DNA of 63,891 nucleotides, the filler included, from Folioceros fuciformis (lineage: Eukaryota), in assembly GCA_049999805.1 (NCBI GenBank). It is 5 parts of 4 records of this genome, joined end to end, with 100 filler letters (N's around TTAATTAATTAA, not from the genome) between each part and the next. Parts side by side here need not be neighbours in the genome. Positions count along the whole stretch, not along the records: positions 40,902 to 57,811 come from JBNGIO010005937.1; positions 57,912 to 62,591 come from JBNGIO010005946.1; positions 62,692 to 63,891 come from JBNGIO010005985.1; 2 more parts are not named here. One strand, given 5' to 3'. The notes under the pieces are model-generated. The model was not told the origin of the DNA. It was given only the letters and a program-made list of their open reading frames with translations, and did not search any database. The position numbers and the translations under genes are program-made. This document shows positions 52,586 through 63,891 of the stretch, piece by piece. Positions within the stretch are counted from its first letter, which is position 1. Every line of letters starts with the position of its first letter.

Positions 52586-53453
52586 AGGACTTCGGTCTCT
52601 CACCAGCCACCCCGACCCTAGGCTAGCAAGGGGTTCGTGACCGGTGCTGAAGTGGATCTTGTGTCACTATGTGCGGGTGGATAGCTAGGCCGAACTTCTT
52701 TTGTATATAATTCTTGTATTTGCGTGTCGACGCGCTATGCCACCTGTTTACATCCCACGTGTCATCCGTGATGGAAGTGCTGCATAAAGCGGCGACTGGA
52801 GTCCATGCACGCTGTCTGGGATCCTGGATTAGATGAAACCGCCAACATTGGCTTTGCTTTTGCTACTGAACCTCCTCTGTACGTACATAATTAGCACCGA
52901 TGTATGCACACACACAGAGTATAGGGTGGGTAGGTACGGGAGAAATCGTAGGAAAAGCAGTCTTTAGGTGGAAAGAGATGTGGAGGCAAAGTCGCTACAG
53001 GCCCCACGGCTCCCACTGTAGTTGGTACTCGCAATGCTTTATAAAAAGCGTGTCAACGATGGTGACAAATTTATGCTCCCGTTTCCCAGAGCTTGGATAC
53101 ATGTAGTAATGGGTAGACTAGTCGTGGTGGCCCCAAACCTTTGACCGAGGTAACTGCTCGAGCCACAGGCAGCGAGCCCGGCTAGCAGTGACTTAGCACC
53201 GCTCCGCCTTGAGATGATAACAGTGTGTTTTTTGGGCCTCGGAAGGGACCACGCACCACACGGCCATGTCACCGGCGACATTTCCATGCGGCCGAAGCAT
53301 GCCTGCTGTTTCGTCATGATGCGGATCGGGCGGCTTCGCGCATATCTCCTCCCCTGCTTCCTCTGATTGCCGCAGCGGCAACGGGAACAGGAATTGCTCG
53401 TCGGCACCCCTTCCCACTCTTGCTGCACCTACGCCTCCTCATCTCGCTTCAGA

Positions 53454-56400
53454 ATGGCGGATTTTTCGGAATCTCCCCACGGAGGGAAGAAGTCCTTCCG
53501 CCACATTATCAGGGAGCATAAGTGTCTATACGAATTCTCCAGCGTCATGGCCTGCTGCCATTTCTCAGCTGGATTCTTCCACATGGACTTGACACTTTCT
53601 GCTCCTCCAGGTCTGCTTCATGATATGCTGCGTACCGCCAAGCTGTCCAAGTCTGGATCTGAGTGGAAGGTCCGTGAATTTCGCCCCAAACTTTTTTCAC
53701 TGGATCCAAACTGGGCAGATCCGTTTTAGTGGATGTGAGAATTCTGGGGAAAAGATCTTTGGAATGCGTTAGGATTAGCGAAACAATGCTTGTACAGCTG
53801 CCTCTTGTTCCATTGCACGCTTCATTCCTGCTGGGACCCATACACCACCTACTTGTGCAACGCTCACTCTAGCTTAGCATGTTTGTCGGTACCTTTGTGG
53901 CATCATTTGGCTTAGAGCGTCGCGCTGCACGCTTCGAACTTAGTGCTGTGAGGGATTAGGGTGACGTATTTGCATCCTCTCACATCTATTTTTCCACCCT
54001 ATTGGACTTGTGGTTTGCTTCACAGGTCCTCATCATGGATGAAGTTACTGTCAAGGTGATGTCGTATTCTTGCAAAATGGCAGATATTACAGATGAGGGC
54101 ATTTCACGTATGGACCTGGACTGTACTCCTTGTTTGCATTCATATGGATTCGTCTTATAATTGTTGCTCGGATCTTAACTCTTGATTTTCGGTCTAAATG
54201 ATGACCACAACTTTCCGCTGGAGAGCTTGTACTAGCGAATGTTGACGGGGAAAGGCCAGGAAACAGTGACAGTGTCTGAACTCTTTTGTTATTCCCCAGT
54301 TGTTGAAGACCTTAACAAGCGGAGGCAGCCTTTACCTGGGCTTGAAGCAGTGTATTTTATAACTCCCCATCGAGAAAGGTGCTATTCCGCCACAATTTCG
54401 TGTACTTGCATACCCTTAAATTTTACATTGTAATTAAATATTGATGCTTGTGATATCTGTTGCAATTTGGTGCTTTCATTGATCATTTTTTCTTCCCTTG
54501 CTTCATATTTATATCCTCTGCCATTGATCACAGTGTAAAAAAGTTTATGGGGGACATGTCTGGCAAATCCCCTCTCTACAAAAAGTAAGTCTTCATCTGA
54601 CAGGATTTTGGCGTTCTCATCAATCACTTGCACTGCCCCTTGAATCTCGAACACCTGCTATTCTGCAGAGCGCACGTCTTCTTCAGCTCCCCCATTGCCC
54701 GAGAATTGTTGCAAACAATTAAGAGCGATGCTTCTGTCATCTCCCGTCTAGCAGCTCTCAGAGAGGTACTAGGGGTTTCATGTTTCTCTGTGTTGGTGGA
54801 TGGGCTGACGAAATCCTTCGCCCTTTATTAAAGGTGCGACTGGTTGTGGTCGAATGCAGATGAATTTGGAGTATTTGACAGTGGACATCCAGGTATGTAG
54901 ACACATATACATCACCCCTTAAGAGGTTATCTAGCATGCAGTAGATCCTTCTCAGTTGCGAGTCGTCTCAAACCAGTGATCATGGTTTACGTATGAGCTT
55001 AGAGAGCATTGCCATGCAGGGATTTATCACAGACAACGATAAAGCACTGGAACAGCTATTTGGTGAGCATAGTGAAGGCACCCGGGATTTTGATGTCTGC
55101 TTGGACGCAATTGCTGGAAGACTGGCTACTGTTTTTGCATCACTTCAGGTTTCTGTTTCTGAAATCCTTTTTTGATGTACTTGGCCGGAATGCATATAAC
55201 TAGAATTCCAATTATGGACTTGGGGAAATACGTTGAAGACTTTGTTAGCAGGTTGTTGAATTAACTTCAGACCCTTGCAATGACTTCCAGGATTTCCCTC
55301 TTGTGAGATACAGACTACCACCAGCAGCAGGTTCTTCAGCAGGTGCAACAGGTCGGGAACTAGTTCCCACAAAACTGGCTGCAGCAATCTGGGACCGTCT
55401 GATGAAGTACAAGTCCTCTCTGCCTAACTTTCCACAGAATGAGACTTGTGAACTTGTAATCGTGGATCGATCTCTGGACCCGGTATCTACTCTTAACTGT
55501 TGAAGCTTTCTGCTATTCGCATGCTGCGCAATCAAGTTCTCAATGGAAGCGTGGACACGTGTCATTCTGCTGCACGTTGCAGGGTAGAGGTTTATACAGA
55601 GACGGTTGCAAGCTTGACGTGCCCTTATGATTGTGCTGCAGGTAGCACCCATCATCCATGAATGGACATATGATGCAATGTGCCATGACCTACTTGAACT
55701 TGATGGCAATAAGTACGTTTATGAGGTATGGCCTTGACTGATATGAGGTTGCAGTAGAAAACTGAAGTTTTGTGGAACTGCTCATTTGTAGCTTGTATCC
55801 TAGCTACAAGAGGACTGTATATTTGGTGCCTTAGACATGCCAGTCTATGTGTTGGTGTGCAGCTTACGACAAATTCAGGGAAGAAAGAACAGAAGGAAGT
55901 TCTACTTGAAGAACATGACCCTGTTTGGGTTGAGTTGCGCGATCTGCACATTGCTGAGGTAAATGTGCAACAGTTACAATGCAGTTTGACCAGGTACTTG
56001 TGAGAGTTGGCAAAACAATGGACTGGTCCATCAAAGTGTAAGCCAGTGAAATTCCTTTGTACAGGCAAACTTGAGGCTAAGTCAAAAGATGCAACAATTT
56101 GGTTCGAAGAATAAGGCTGCAGAGCTTCGCCTTGGTGGGAGGTACGTTAGATTCTTTAATGTGCAGGGTGCATCAGAGCGGGTGTTTTTAAGCCATCCGT
56201 ACTTAAGCAGTCTTAGTATACATCTCGTTTCGTATGTTCAGTCGTCCAGTTGCGTATACTTATAATTTTCCTCGCTGTTGAAGACGTTGGTTTTTTCTTT
56301 TTCTTGCCATCAGGCAAATACATTGTGGTTCTTCCTCATTGCCGGTCAGTGTAGTGGGCTTTCAATATTGTTTGACAATCACCTGCATGGCCGACCTTTC

Positions 56401-57811
56401 CTTCTATCCTAACAGGGAAGGAGCTGAGCTCTCCACAAAGGACATGCAAAAGATGGTGCAAGCTCTTCCTCAATATCGCGATCAGCTGGATAAGTTGGGC
56501 CTACACATTCATGTAAGTCGTTTGCAGCGGTGAAATATGCTTACAGCCAGATAGCTATCGAGTACATAACTTTTTTGAGTAGTTCTGTTACCTAGTAATT
56601 ACTACTTTCCTTAAATAGTGGCTTGGAATCTTCACTTATGTTGAACGTCATGGCCAGCTGGTTTATTAAAATCTTTGTATGAATGCAGATTGCCACGGTG
56701 TTGAATGACAAAGTGAAAGAACTCGGATTGAGTGATATTGGTAACCTTGAGCAGGACTTTGTATTTGGTGATGCCAGTAGCAAAGAGTTGATCAACCTTT
56801 TGAACACGAAGCAGGTTTCGCGGGCATGCCCTCCCTGCAGTTTTGTCCTACCTGGACGAAACCTCCGAGATGGACCAGTAAACACATGGTTGCATGTTTG
56901 GTGACAGGATATGTCCGCTGATATTCGGCTGCGGCTCATGATGATCTATGCTGCTACACATCCTGAGAAGCTTGATGCCACAAAGAGAATGCAGTGGATG
57001 AAGGTGTGACAATTCTGTTCCGTATCGCATTCTTGGACTTGATTTTGTCGTGAGATGAGGTCAAGTTCCCTAGTGAGGTGGTCTATCTGCACCTCGACTC
57101 ATAGGTTGATAGCTGCCATGATTTTCTTTACCTCTTATCCTGAAATCAGTGCACATCTCGTTATTATCAGGTGTGTGTGTGTTTGTTTCTTAACCACCAG
57201 ATGTTTGCAGCTTGCCAAGCTGAGTGGCGACGATATGAACGCTGTTAATAATTTGGAGTACATTGGGGTATCGGTTTCAAAGAAATCTTCTGGAGGATTT
57301 TCCTTGAAGTTTGGGGGACGCAAGGTAAAGTGCTTGGACACCGGTATGAGTCCGTCCTTGTGCAGCTTTGCCATCGGTAGTGTTACTTTTATCTCTTGAC
57401 GGTGCCTCTCCTAAGCTGGGTCTTAACGTTATTATGCCCTAGTAAGATTTTTGATAGGCCTCCACTTATTGGTTCTTGACGCTACGAGAAATTCTATGCA
57501 GGCCAAGCGACCTCTGAGAGAGGACAAAAAACCAGATGAGCAGACTTGGCAACTTTCCAAGTTCTATCCTATGCTGGAGGTTGGAACTAGGCTCGTGACT
57601 CTGAGCTTGGATGCCACTGTGATAACCTGTCGTTTATTTGGCCTTCTCCAAAAATTAGACTGAGGTGGAGTGCCAAACTCGCAGGATATTATTGAGCAAC
57701 TGGGTAAGGGAGAGTTGTCCAAAGACGAGTACCCTTACGTTAAGGAGCCGACGGCAGGAGCTGTAGGCTCCATGTCAGCAGACGCATCAAAGGCTGCAGC
57801 CAAACCTGCGC
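53454..57811 (+). CDS. KEU: Sec1/Munc18 protein KEULE/SEC1-like, multi-exon, 3' end lost in the gap
   Basis: [115 protein letters not shown]. Confidence 0.95.
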
Positions 57812-57911
57812 NNNNNNNNNNNNNNNNNNNNNNNNNNNNNNNNNNNNNNNNNNNNTTAATTAATTAANNNNNNNNNNNNNNNNNNNNNNNNNNNNNNNNN
57901 NNNNNNNNNNN

Positions 57912-58378
57912 GGGCATCTGATGCTGACAGTAGAAGATCTATCTCAGCTCATTGCCTTATGCTAGGCAAAAGTGAAACTGAGTCAACAGTTATAGCTTGG
58001 CACTCTAAGAAGCAGCAAGTGGTGGCCCTTTCCTCCATGGAAGCTGAATATATAGCTACCACCACCGCTGCCCAGGATATAATCCATTTCCGAGAGCTGC
58101 TAACATCCTTGGGAGAGACACAAGCTGCACCAACATTACTCCTCAGTGATAATCAGTCAGCAATTGCTCTCACCCAAAATCCGGTAATGCATGCCCGCAC
58201 CAAGCATATAGAAATAAAACACCACTTCATTAGGCAAGTCACTTCAGAGGGACATGTTAGCTTACAATATGTGTCCACGCATGAGAACATTGCTGACTTG
58301 CTAACCAAACCTCTGCCCCAGGACAAGCATGAGAAATTCTCAAGAGCCATGGGGTTAGTGGAGTGTCCAAATACCTAA
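57912..58378 (+). mobile_element. Ty1/copia RNase H (3' end of pol)
   Basis: WASDADSRRSIS, WHSKKQQVVALSSMEAEYIA, DNQSAIAL..NPVMHARTKHIEIKHHFIR, NIADLLTKPL. Confidence 0.93.
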
Positions 58379-59327
58379 GTTTACCTCCTTCACCTAGCTA
58401 GAAAACAACTGCAGATGCATGCAGGAAGCTTCAAGCGCACTTGAACTGCCTGTAGGGCATTCTAGATGTACAGCGCCACCAGGGTTCTCCACCAACACAC
58501 ACCAAAACACAAGTCAGTATGCAGGAACAGTTGGAGAACACCAAGGCAAGCAGGCAATGGGAGAAACTCACCATATCTTAGAAAGTGTCTGTCATCCTCA
58601 GTGAATTTCGCATCCAGCATACATAAACTTGTCTAGGCAATTGGGAAGGAACCGGAAAGGAGCGCCTGGCACAACCTGTGGCATCCCCTGAGCAGTCCAC
58701 CAGCGGGAGTGAGCAATCTTAAGCTCGTCCTCCAGGGAATACAGCTTAGCGAACTCCGCGCACACACCGCAAGGTCGGCGCCGACGAGCAGCACATGCCA
58801 GCAGCACAAGAACCAGCGCCAGCAACACAACGGCATCGAGATCACAGGTCAGGGCCATCACCTGCAGCGAGAGCTCAGCGCGCGAAGGAGAAGTAAAGTT
58901 CACAAGTGTGAGTGAGCGCTCGGCCGCCGAATCAGCCGTCTAAGGCAAGCCCTAATCCAAGATTTCTATGCCCTAACCCGGCAAAAAGGCTGGAAAAATG
59001 CACGAGAAGTCGTTATTTCAGCATATTAAATTAATTGGAGTAGGAAATAATCTAGCTAAGTGGAAGTAAAAGTAAGTAGAGGTAGAATAAATAAGAATTA
59101 AATAGCCAGCATTATTTCATAATTAAATAGGCTATGGAAAATAACTAACGGACACATATGAATCGACAAGATTCATATGGTTGTCACAAACCGTCAACCG
59201 ACACAAGTCACGGGACGGGACACTCCCAATGGTCGTGTCCCTGCACTCACATTTAAGCGGCCACACAGGCACGCATAATTTAATTCATTCTTTTATGCAA
59301 TCTATCTGCCGTCAATCCTAGTTCTAG

Positions 59328-59890
59328 TGTTACAAGCACGCAGTAACCGCCCAAGGAAAAAATTGTTGGTCGTTGAACGTAGGGAGACGAGTAGCTAGAT
59401 TGTTGCGTTGTGGAAGGTGTTGTAAGGAGTCTTGTGAGGAAAGGGGTATTGGGTGTAGGTGGTTAGAAATCAGTAGGAGGAGGTACTGGGGCCCTTCCAA
59501 GTGAAGGAATGATGCCTTCCTACTGACTAGACGTGTTGAAGGTACGTGCTAGGGAAGGTTGAATGTCGTAGGTGAATGACAAACACAGTCGGAGTGAGCT
59601 CACTTATGAGGAAAGGGTATTGAGTGTAAGCAAGTAGAAATCGGTAGGGGGGAGTACTGGGGTCCTTCTAAATGAGGGAATGGTGCCCTCCCACTATCTA
59701 GACGTGTTGCAGGATTGGTATGTATGTGATTGGGAGTGTTGACTATTGTAGGGGAACAATAGACGTAGCTAACCAGGCTCGGAGGGGAGTGATTCCGGGG
59801 AAGCCTATAACGACCGTGGGATTGATGTGGCCACAATACATGTGAGCGGGTGCTTGGTAAGGGTACCATACCCGCTTGCCCACATTAACA
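59328..59890. mobile_element. Putative solo/degenerate LTR (TGTTA...TAACA) with an internal ~170-bp duplication; homologous to 275-620
   Basis: Terminal inverted pentamers; 59441-59580 is repeated in diverged form at 59612-59760; no TSD seen. Confidence 0.5.
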
Positions 59891-59929
59891 TTAAAATATA
59901 TTGATAAATAACATAACTCTCACTAGAGA

Positions 59930-62591
59930 TGCAATGCGACTTAGGCGAGGGGGCGGTAGAAGTAGGGCGATGGGAGGTTGAGGCGTGATGATCTAATGGA
60001 TGCATTGAGCTCCCCATCGGGGGGCTCGACAGTCCACTCATGGGCACAAGTGGCCGGCATGGGTACAGACAGGCAGAATGGGCGGAATCCTAACAAAGGA
60101 ACGCATGCACCTAATACGGAGGTGCTTAGACGCAAGAAAGCAGTACCTGAGCAGGAGGCTCAGGTACGGACTCCCGGGAAGGACACCACTTGGGAAAGAA
60201 CAACTGAGGGCACAAGTATAGAGACGGAATCGGCCCCGGCAAATGAGGGGCCCAGCATCCAGCTTGGTCCTTTGGCTGACCTCCTTACCAAGGAGCGTTT
60301 TTTTCAACAGGAGGAGGTCAGGCTGTCGGGTAGCTCGGTGGTGGGGAGGCTCGCTGCAGGTGGGCCGCCCTCTATGGGCGATTTGGAGGCGTGGGTAACT
60401 CAGGTCACAGGGTGTCCTCCCGCCTATGTCTTCTTGAAAGAAGATGGATCCTTTCAGGTCAAGTGCGATGAAGCTGCTGGCGCTCTTGCTCTCCTGCAGA
60501 CAACTCTTCCCTTCAAAGGCATAACCCCGATGATGATTGAGGCGTGGTCTCCCGGAAGCACAATCATGCAATCTCAGATCAAAAGGCACTTTATTTGGGT
60601 GAGGTTGCCTGCCCTACTGGTGCAGCTCATCCCATTGATAGACAGGATGTTGGAAACAATTGGACGGGTGGTTGAGGTCCCGCAAGTGGATTCCCATTTT
60701 TTCGACAGAAGCAAGCCTCCCCGCTTCGGTGTGAGGGTACACAACCTCACTTCCTTGCCCACTGGGGTTGTGGTTCGAGATCCGGTTGAGTCGTCAAAGA
60801 GCTATACCCACTTCGATTACCCAGGGCTTCCTGTGAGGTGCGGAATCTGTGGTCTTTCTAACCATCTTAAGCAAGAGTGCCCATTCCGCTCAAGTGCAAA
60901 AGGAAGAAACGACAACTCTGAGCAAACCCAATCTATACCCCTACCGGGGTTTCAAGGTGACTAGAAAAAGCCATGGAGGGCAAGCCTAGCAATGCAATGC
61001 TGGTCCTGCCGAATTCAGGTCGAGGCCTTCCCGAGGTTTGCTGGCACTACTGTTATACAAATGAAGACTTGTGTAATCTTGTGGGAGAAGGTGGAGAACA
61101 CTTTCTTCTACTGGATGAGCGGACAGTTTGAAACTCCTCGGGTCGTTGAATCGGCAATGAAGCCCCTGGCTACTGGTTCTGAGGGAATGCTAACCGCGCT
61201 CTTGGGGAACACCCCAGGTTCTAGCGCAGTTCTTGATGAGCTGACGGTATTGCCCCCTCAGATGTTTTGTGAGGGTTTGGCTCCTGTGGGCTCAAACCAA
61301 GGGACAGGATCTGGCGCTCCTCGTCAAGCTGTCGGGGAGGAAGTGGGAAGAGTGTCTTCCAAGGGGCTTTTTGGGCTTCAATCTCTCGTCTTAGCGTGGG
61401 GGGACCTAACACTTCACAGCTTATCAACTCCGGGACATCAACCTCCCGGGCTTGGGGGGGACCCCGGCCATGCTTGAACCGTAGAGCTAGACGCAACATC
61501 GACTTACAACCCCACTACCTAGAAAACGGCGTCAACTTCTGTCTTGACCACAGGAGAGCAGAGGAGCTTGGAGGTGGCAGTAGGGAAGAGGACTCGTGTC
61601 TTGGAAGATATGGTATCATGACATAAACGGCAAGATTAGATTGCTGTTGCAAAGGCAAGGAAGGTGTTGAACAAAGTTGTTCAAGGCATGGCATTGCATA
61701 TCACCTTCCCGAAAGGGAAAAACATTAAGGTGCTGGAAGGGACAAGGGGAGGCAATAGGTCTCTTGGGAAGACGTTTGCTGGTGTGGGGAACGATCCGTT
61801 GGCAGTCTACGGTCACCACAAATATGGTGCAAGACTGGGGTCTGGATTGGATGGTAGTGGTTCTGCATGTCCCGGAAAAACCATGGTGGATTGTGCCAAC
61901 CCCTCTAACTGTGCTAGCCCCACCATGAGGGATAACGCGGTGTACGCTTTCGAGGAGGACCTTTTCTCCACCCCTTGTGCTGAGGACGATGAGGATATTG
62001 ATACTGTCTCGCATGAAGTGCAAGTAGTTTTCTCCGGAGATGAAGGAAGCACCTCTCCTCCTCCAGGGTAGGAGGATTCCGGCTTGCTGAGTGGCCAAGA
62101 GCTCAGGAAGGCGGAAGGTGCAACAAGGAGGAAAGGCAAACAGTTTGCGATCAACCTAACGGTTATGAGAAAGGTTCATGATTTTTATTCTTTTCTGGTT
62201 ATGATAGGAGGTGGGGGGGAGTAGCTACCCCTTACCATCACAAGACATCAATTGAATGCAGGGCAGGAACGGATCTTTGATTTCTTGTCTGCCGGAGGGG
62301 TTTCTGTAGGCAAGGAGGGAAAGGAGGTGGAATTCTTCAATGGTATCTACCAAAAGGATGGTAAACTCTTTGCTGACATCCGTCTAAAACAAGTTTATGG
62401 TCCCAATATGCCACTTATCCCATAGTGGAGGTGGTCCTTGGATGCGCCTTGGGCAAAAGACAGGGTATGGAGTCTAGACATGGCAATGGGGGGTGTTGAG
62501 AGGCCCTTAGATGGCCAAGACAAGAGGACTGTTCCTGTTGTGCACAAGTCGGAAAGGCTTCAAAGATTGTTCCTTGAGCTCAAAGCTAAGG
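59930..62591 (+). mobile_element. Second L1-type LINE copy: ORF1 region only, cut by the gap
   Basis: Homologous to the first copy (QLGPL.D.LT...FFQ.EE, VVGRL..GGPP, VTGCPP.YVFLK, KCDEAAGA.ALLQT); intact CCHC knuckle CGICGLSNHLKQEC; shared C-terminal block KEGKEVEFF.GIYQ. Confidence 0.88.
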
Positions 62592-63035
62592 NNNNNNNNN
62601 NNNNNNNNNNNNNNNNNNNNNNNNNNNNNNNNNNNTTAATTAATTAANNNNNNNNNNNNNNNNNNNNNNNNNNNNNNNNNNNNNNNNNNNNAGGTCTAAT
62701 GAATGAAGCATCGAAAGTTTCTCTCATACAATCGAAAGCAATGTCTTCACACGTGCGGTCCGCGTCTATATATGTGAGGTCCGGAGTGGGAAAAAACCAG
62801 CGCACTCATTTACGCGGATGTGTGGGAAGAGAGAAGGGGTGACACGAGGGTAAGTACGATAGATATTTTGATATGTTCTAGGGCCATTTATTTTTATCTT
62901 CTTGTCATAATGATAATGATAAGAAGATTATCATGTGCAATGATTGCACATGTTGTTTTCATTGTTTATGGAGTATGATCATGTCAATGTTGTACGATTC
63001 TAATTTTATTGTTTTGATTGTTTGTGCCACGCAGG

Positions 63036-63631
63036 AGGTTAGCAAATATACAAAGATGGTCACTACCGGTCGCCACCATCCTATTTGGAAGTACTACGAC
63101 CATGTGGAGTCGAGTGCATTCAAGACGTCGAAGCGCATAGTTTGCAAATATTGCAAAAAAAGCTTTGCGTACGGAAATTATCTGCGAGCAATTCAACATC
63201 TTGTCGAGGGGGGGAAGGATATGTCGAAGTGCAAAGTTCGTCCTCTCGCATTGAAGTTTGAGATATTGGAGGCTTGCGAAATTCTTGATGAAAAGGTATG
63301 TATCATTTACATTGGTTGTTTCATTGAACAATAGGTTTTAATGCTCTTCTGGTTGCCGGGTACTAACATGTCTAGCTAATCTGCATATGATTGTGGAGCT
63401 CAGCAAATTCAAATGAAGAGAGATCGCTACATACATGCGCAAGGAAAGCCAGCACATTTTGCTGCATCGAGAAATGGTATAGAAGCATCTTCTATGGAGG
63501 CCCTTATTATGAAGCCTGAAAATCATGCGGAAGAGATGTATGTACCTTTCATGGAAGCATTGGCTATGAAGACGGAGGAACATGCCGAGAAAGCAACTAC
63601 CGAGGGGGGACAGCATGCTAACCAAGATGTG
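63036..63631 (+). mobile_element. BED zinc-finger exon(s) of a hAT-type transposase or derived gene, interrupted by an LTR
   Basis: HPIWKYYDHV....KRIVCKYCKKSF......RAIQHL......MSKC fits the W..C2..H.C BED finger; bounded by splice sites. Confidence 0.7.
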
Positions 63632-63816
63632 TGTTACGGGTTAGGTTAACCCTGATTAAAGTAACCTACCTAGGGTTAATATTATTTAGTTAAATTAGGT
63701 TATGAACCTTTTTGTATTTAAGTGACCTTTGAGTTGTTTTTTAATTAATGCAATATTCCTTTTTGCTTTAGTCTGGGATTGGCTTCCATGCTTCCGCTAA
63801 CATGGTATCAGAGCAG
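63632..63816 (+). mobile_element. Short 171-bp 5' LTR (TGTTAC...CTAACA) plus tRNA-iMet PBS; element continues beyond the window
   Basis: TGTTA/TAACA termini; TGGTATCAGAGCAG at 63803-63816 immediately follows the LTR. Confidence 0.85.
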
Positions 63817-63891
63817 AGTTAATCTTAGTGATTTTTTCTGTCTATAGGATCTTGGGATGGTGTTTGTAATTAGCACGTCTTAAGTTGGATT

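Noticed and set aside
58379-59327. Possible extra ORF/3' LTR of the copia element
   Set aside because: No clear PPT-TG boundary or recognisable protein could be supported.

Overview
Eukaryotic nuclear DNA from a compact-intron land plant. It is probably a non-seed plant such as a bryophyte (inference from short GT-AG introns, plant-type proteins and a CRE-like LINE). It is a draft scaffold with N gaps, four of which hold an artificial TTAATTAATTAA linker. Gene-dense blocks encode a WRN/RECQ6-like RecQ helicase, an intronless MOSC/mARC, the E3 ligase SUD1 (Doa10/MARCH6), an Aa_trans amino-acid transporter, a PLATZ factor plus the 3' end of a second PLATZ paralogue, a transmembrane+BAG-domain protein, an OST1-type SnRK2, mitochondrial uL22, an uncharacterised intronless multi-zinc-finger protein, a small WADQWD-family protein and a SEC1/KEULE gene cut by a gap. 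TE-rich blocks (1-620, ~20.3-25 kb, 28.9-40.3 kb, 57.9-63.9 kb) hold nested LTR elements, copia fragments, a CRE-like fragment, a BED-finger/hAT remnant and a 10.6-kb L1-type LINE with a 15-bp TSD and a ~6-kb ORF1 region; a related second LINE copy has a much shorter ORF1. Best leads: the unknown Zn-finger ORF, the Snl1-like TM-BAG gene, the modular LINE ORF1, a spliced RecQ C-terminal exon hidden behind an in-frame TAA and ending 13 bp from the mARC stop, and a non-canonical AT donor in SEC1 intron 1. Exon boundaries were read by eye and no database searches were run.
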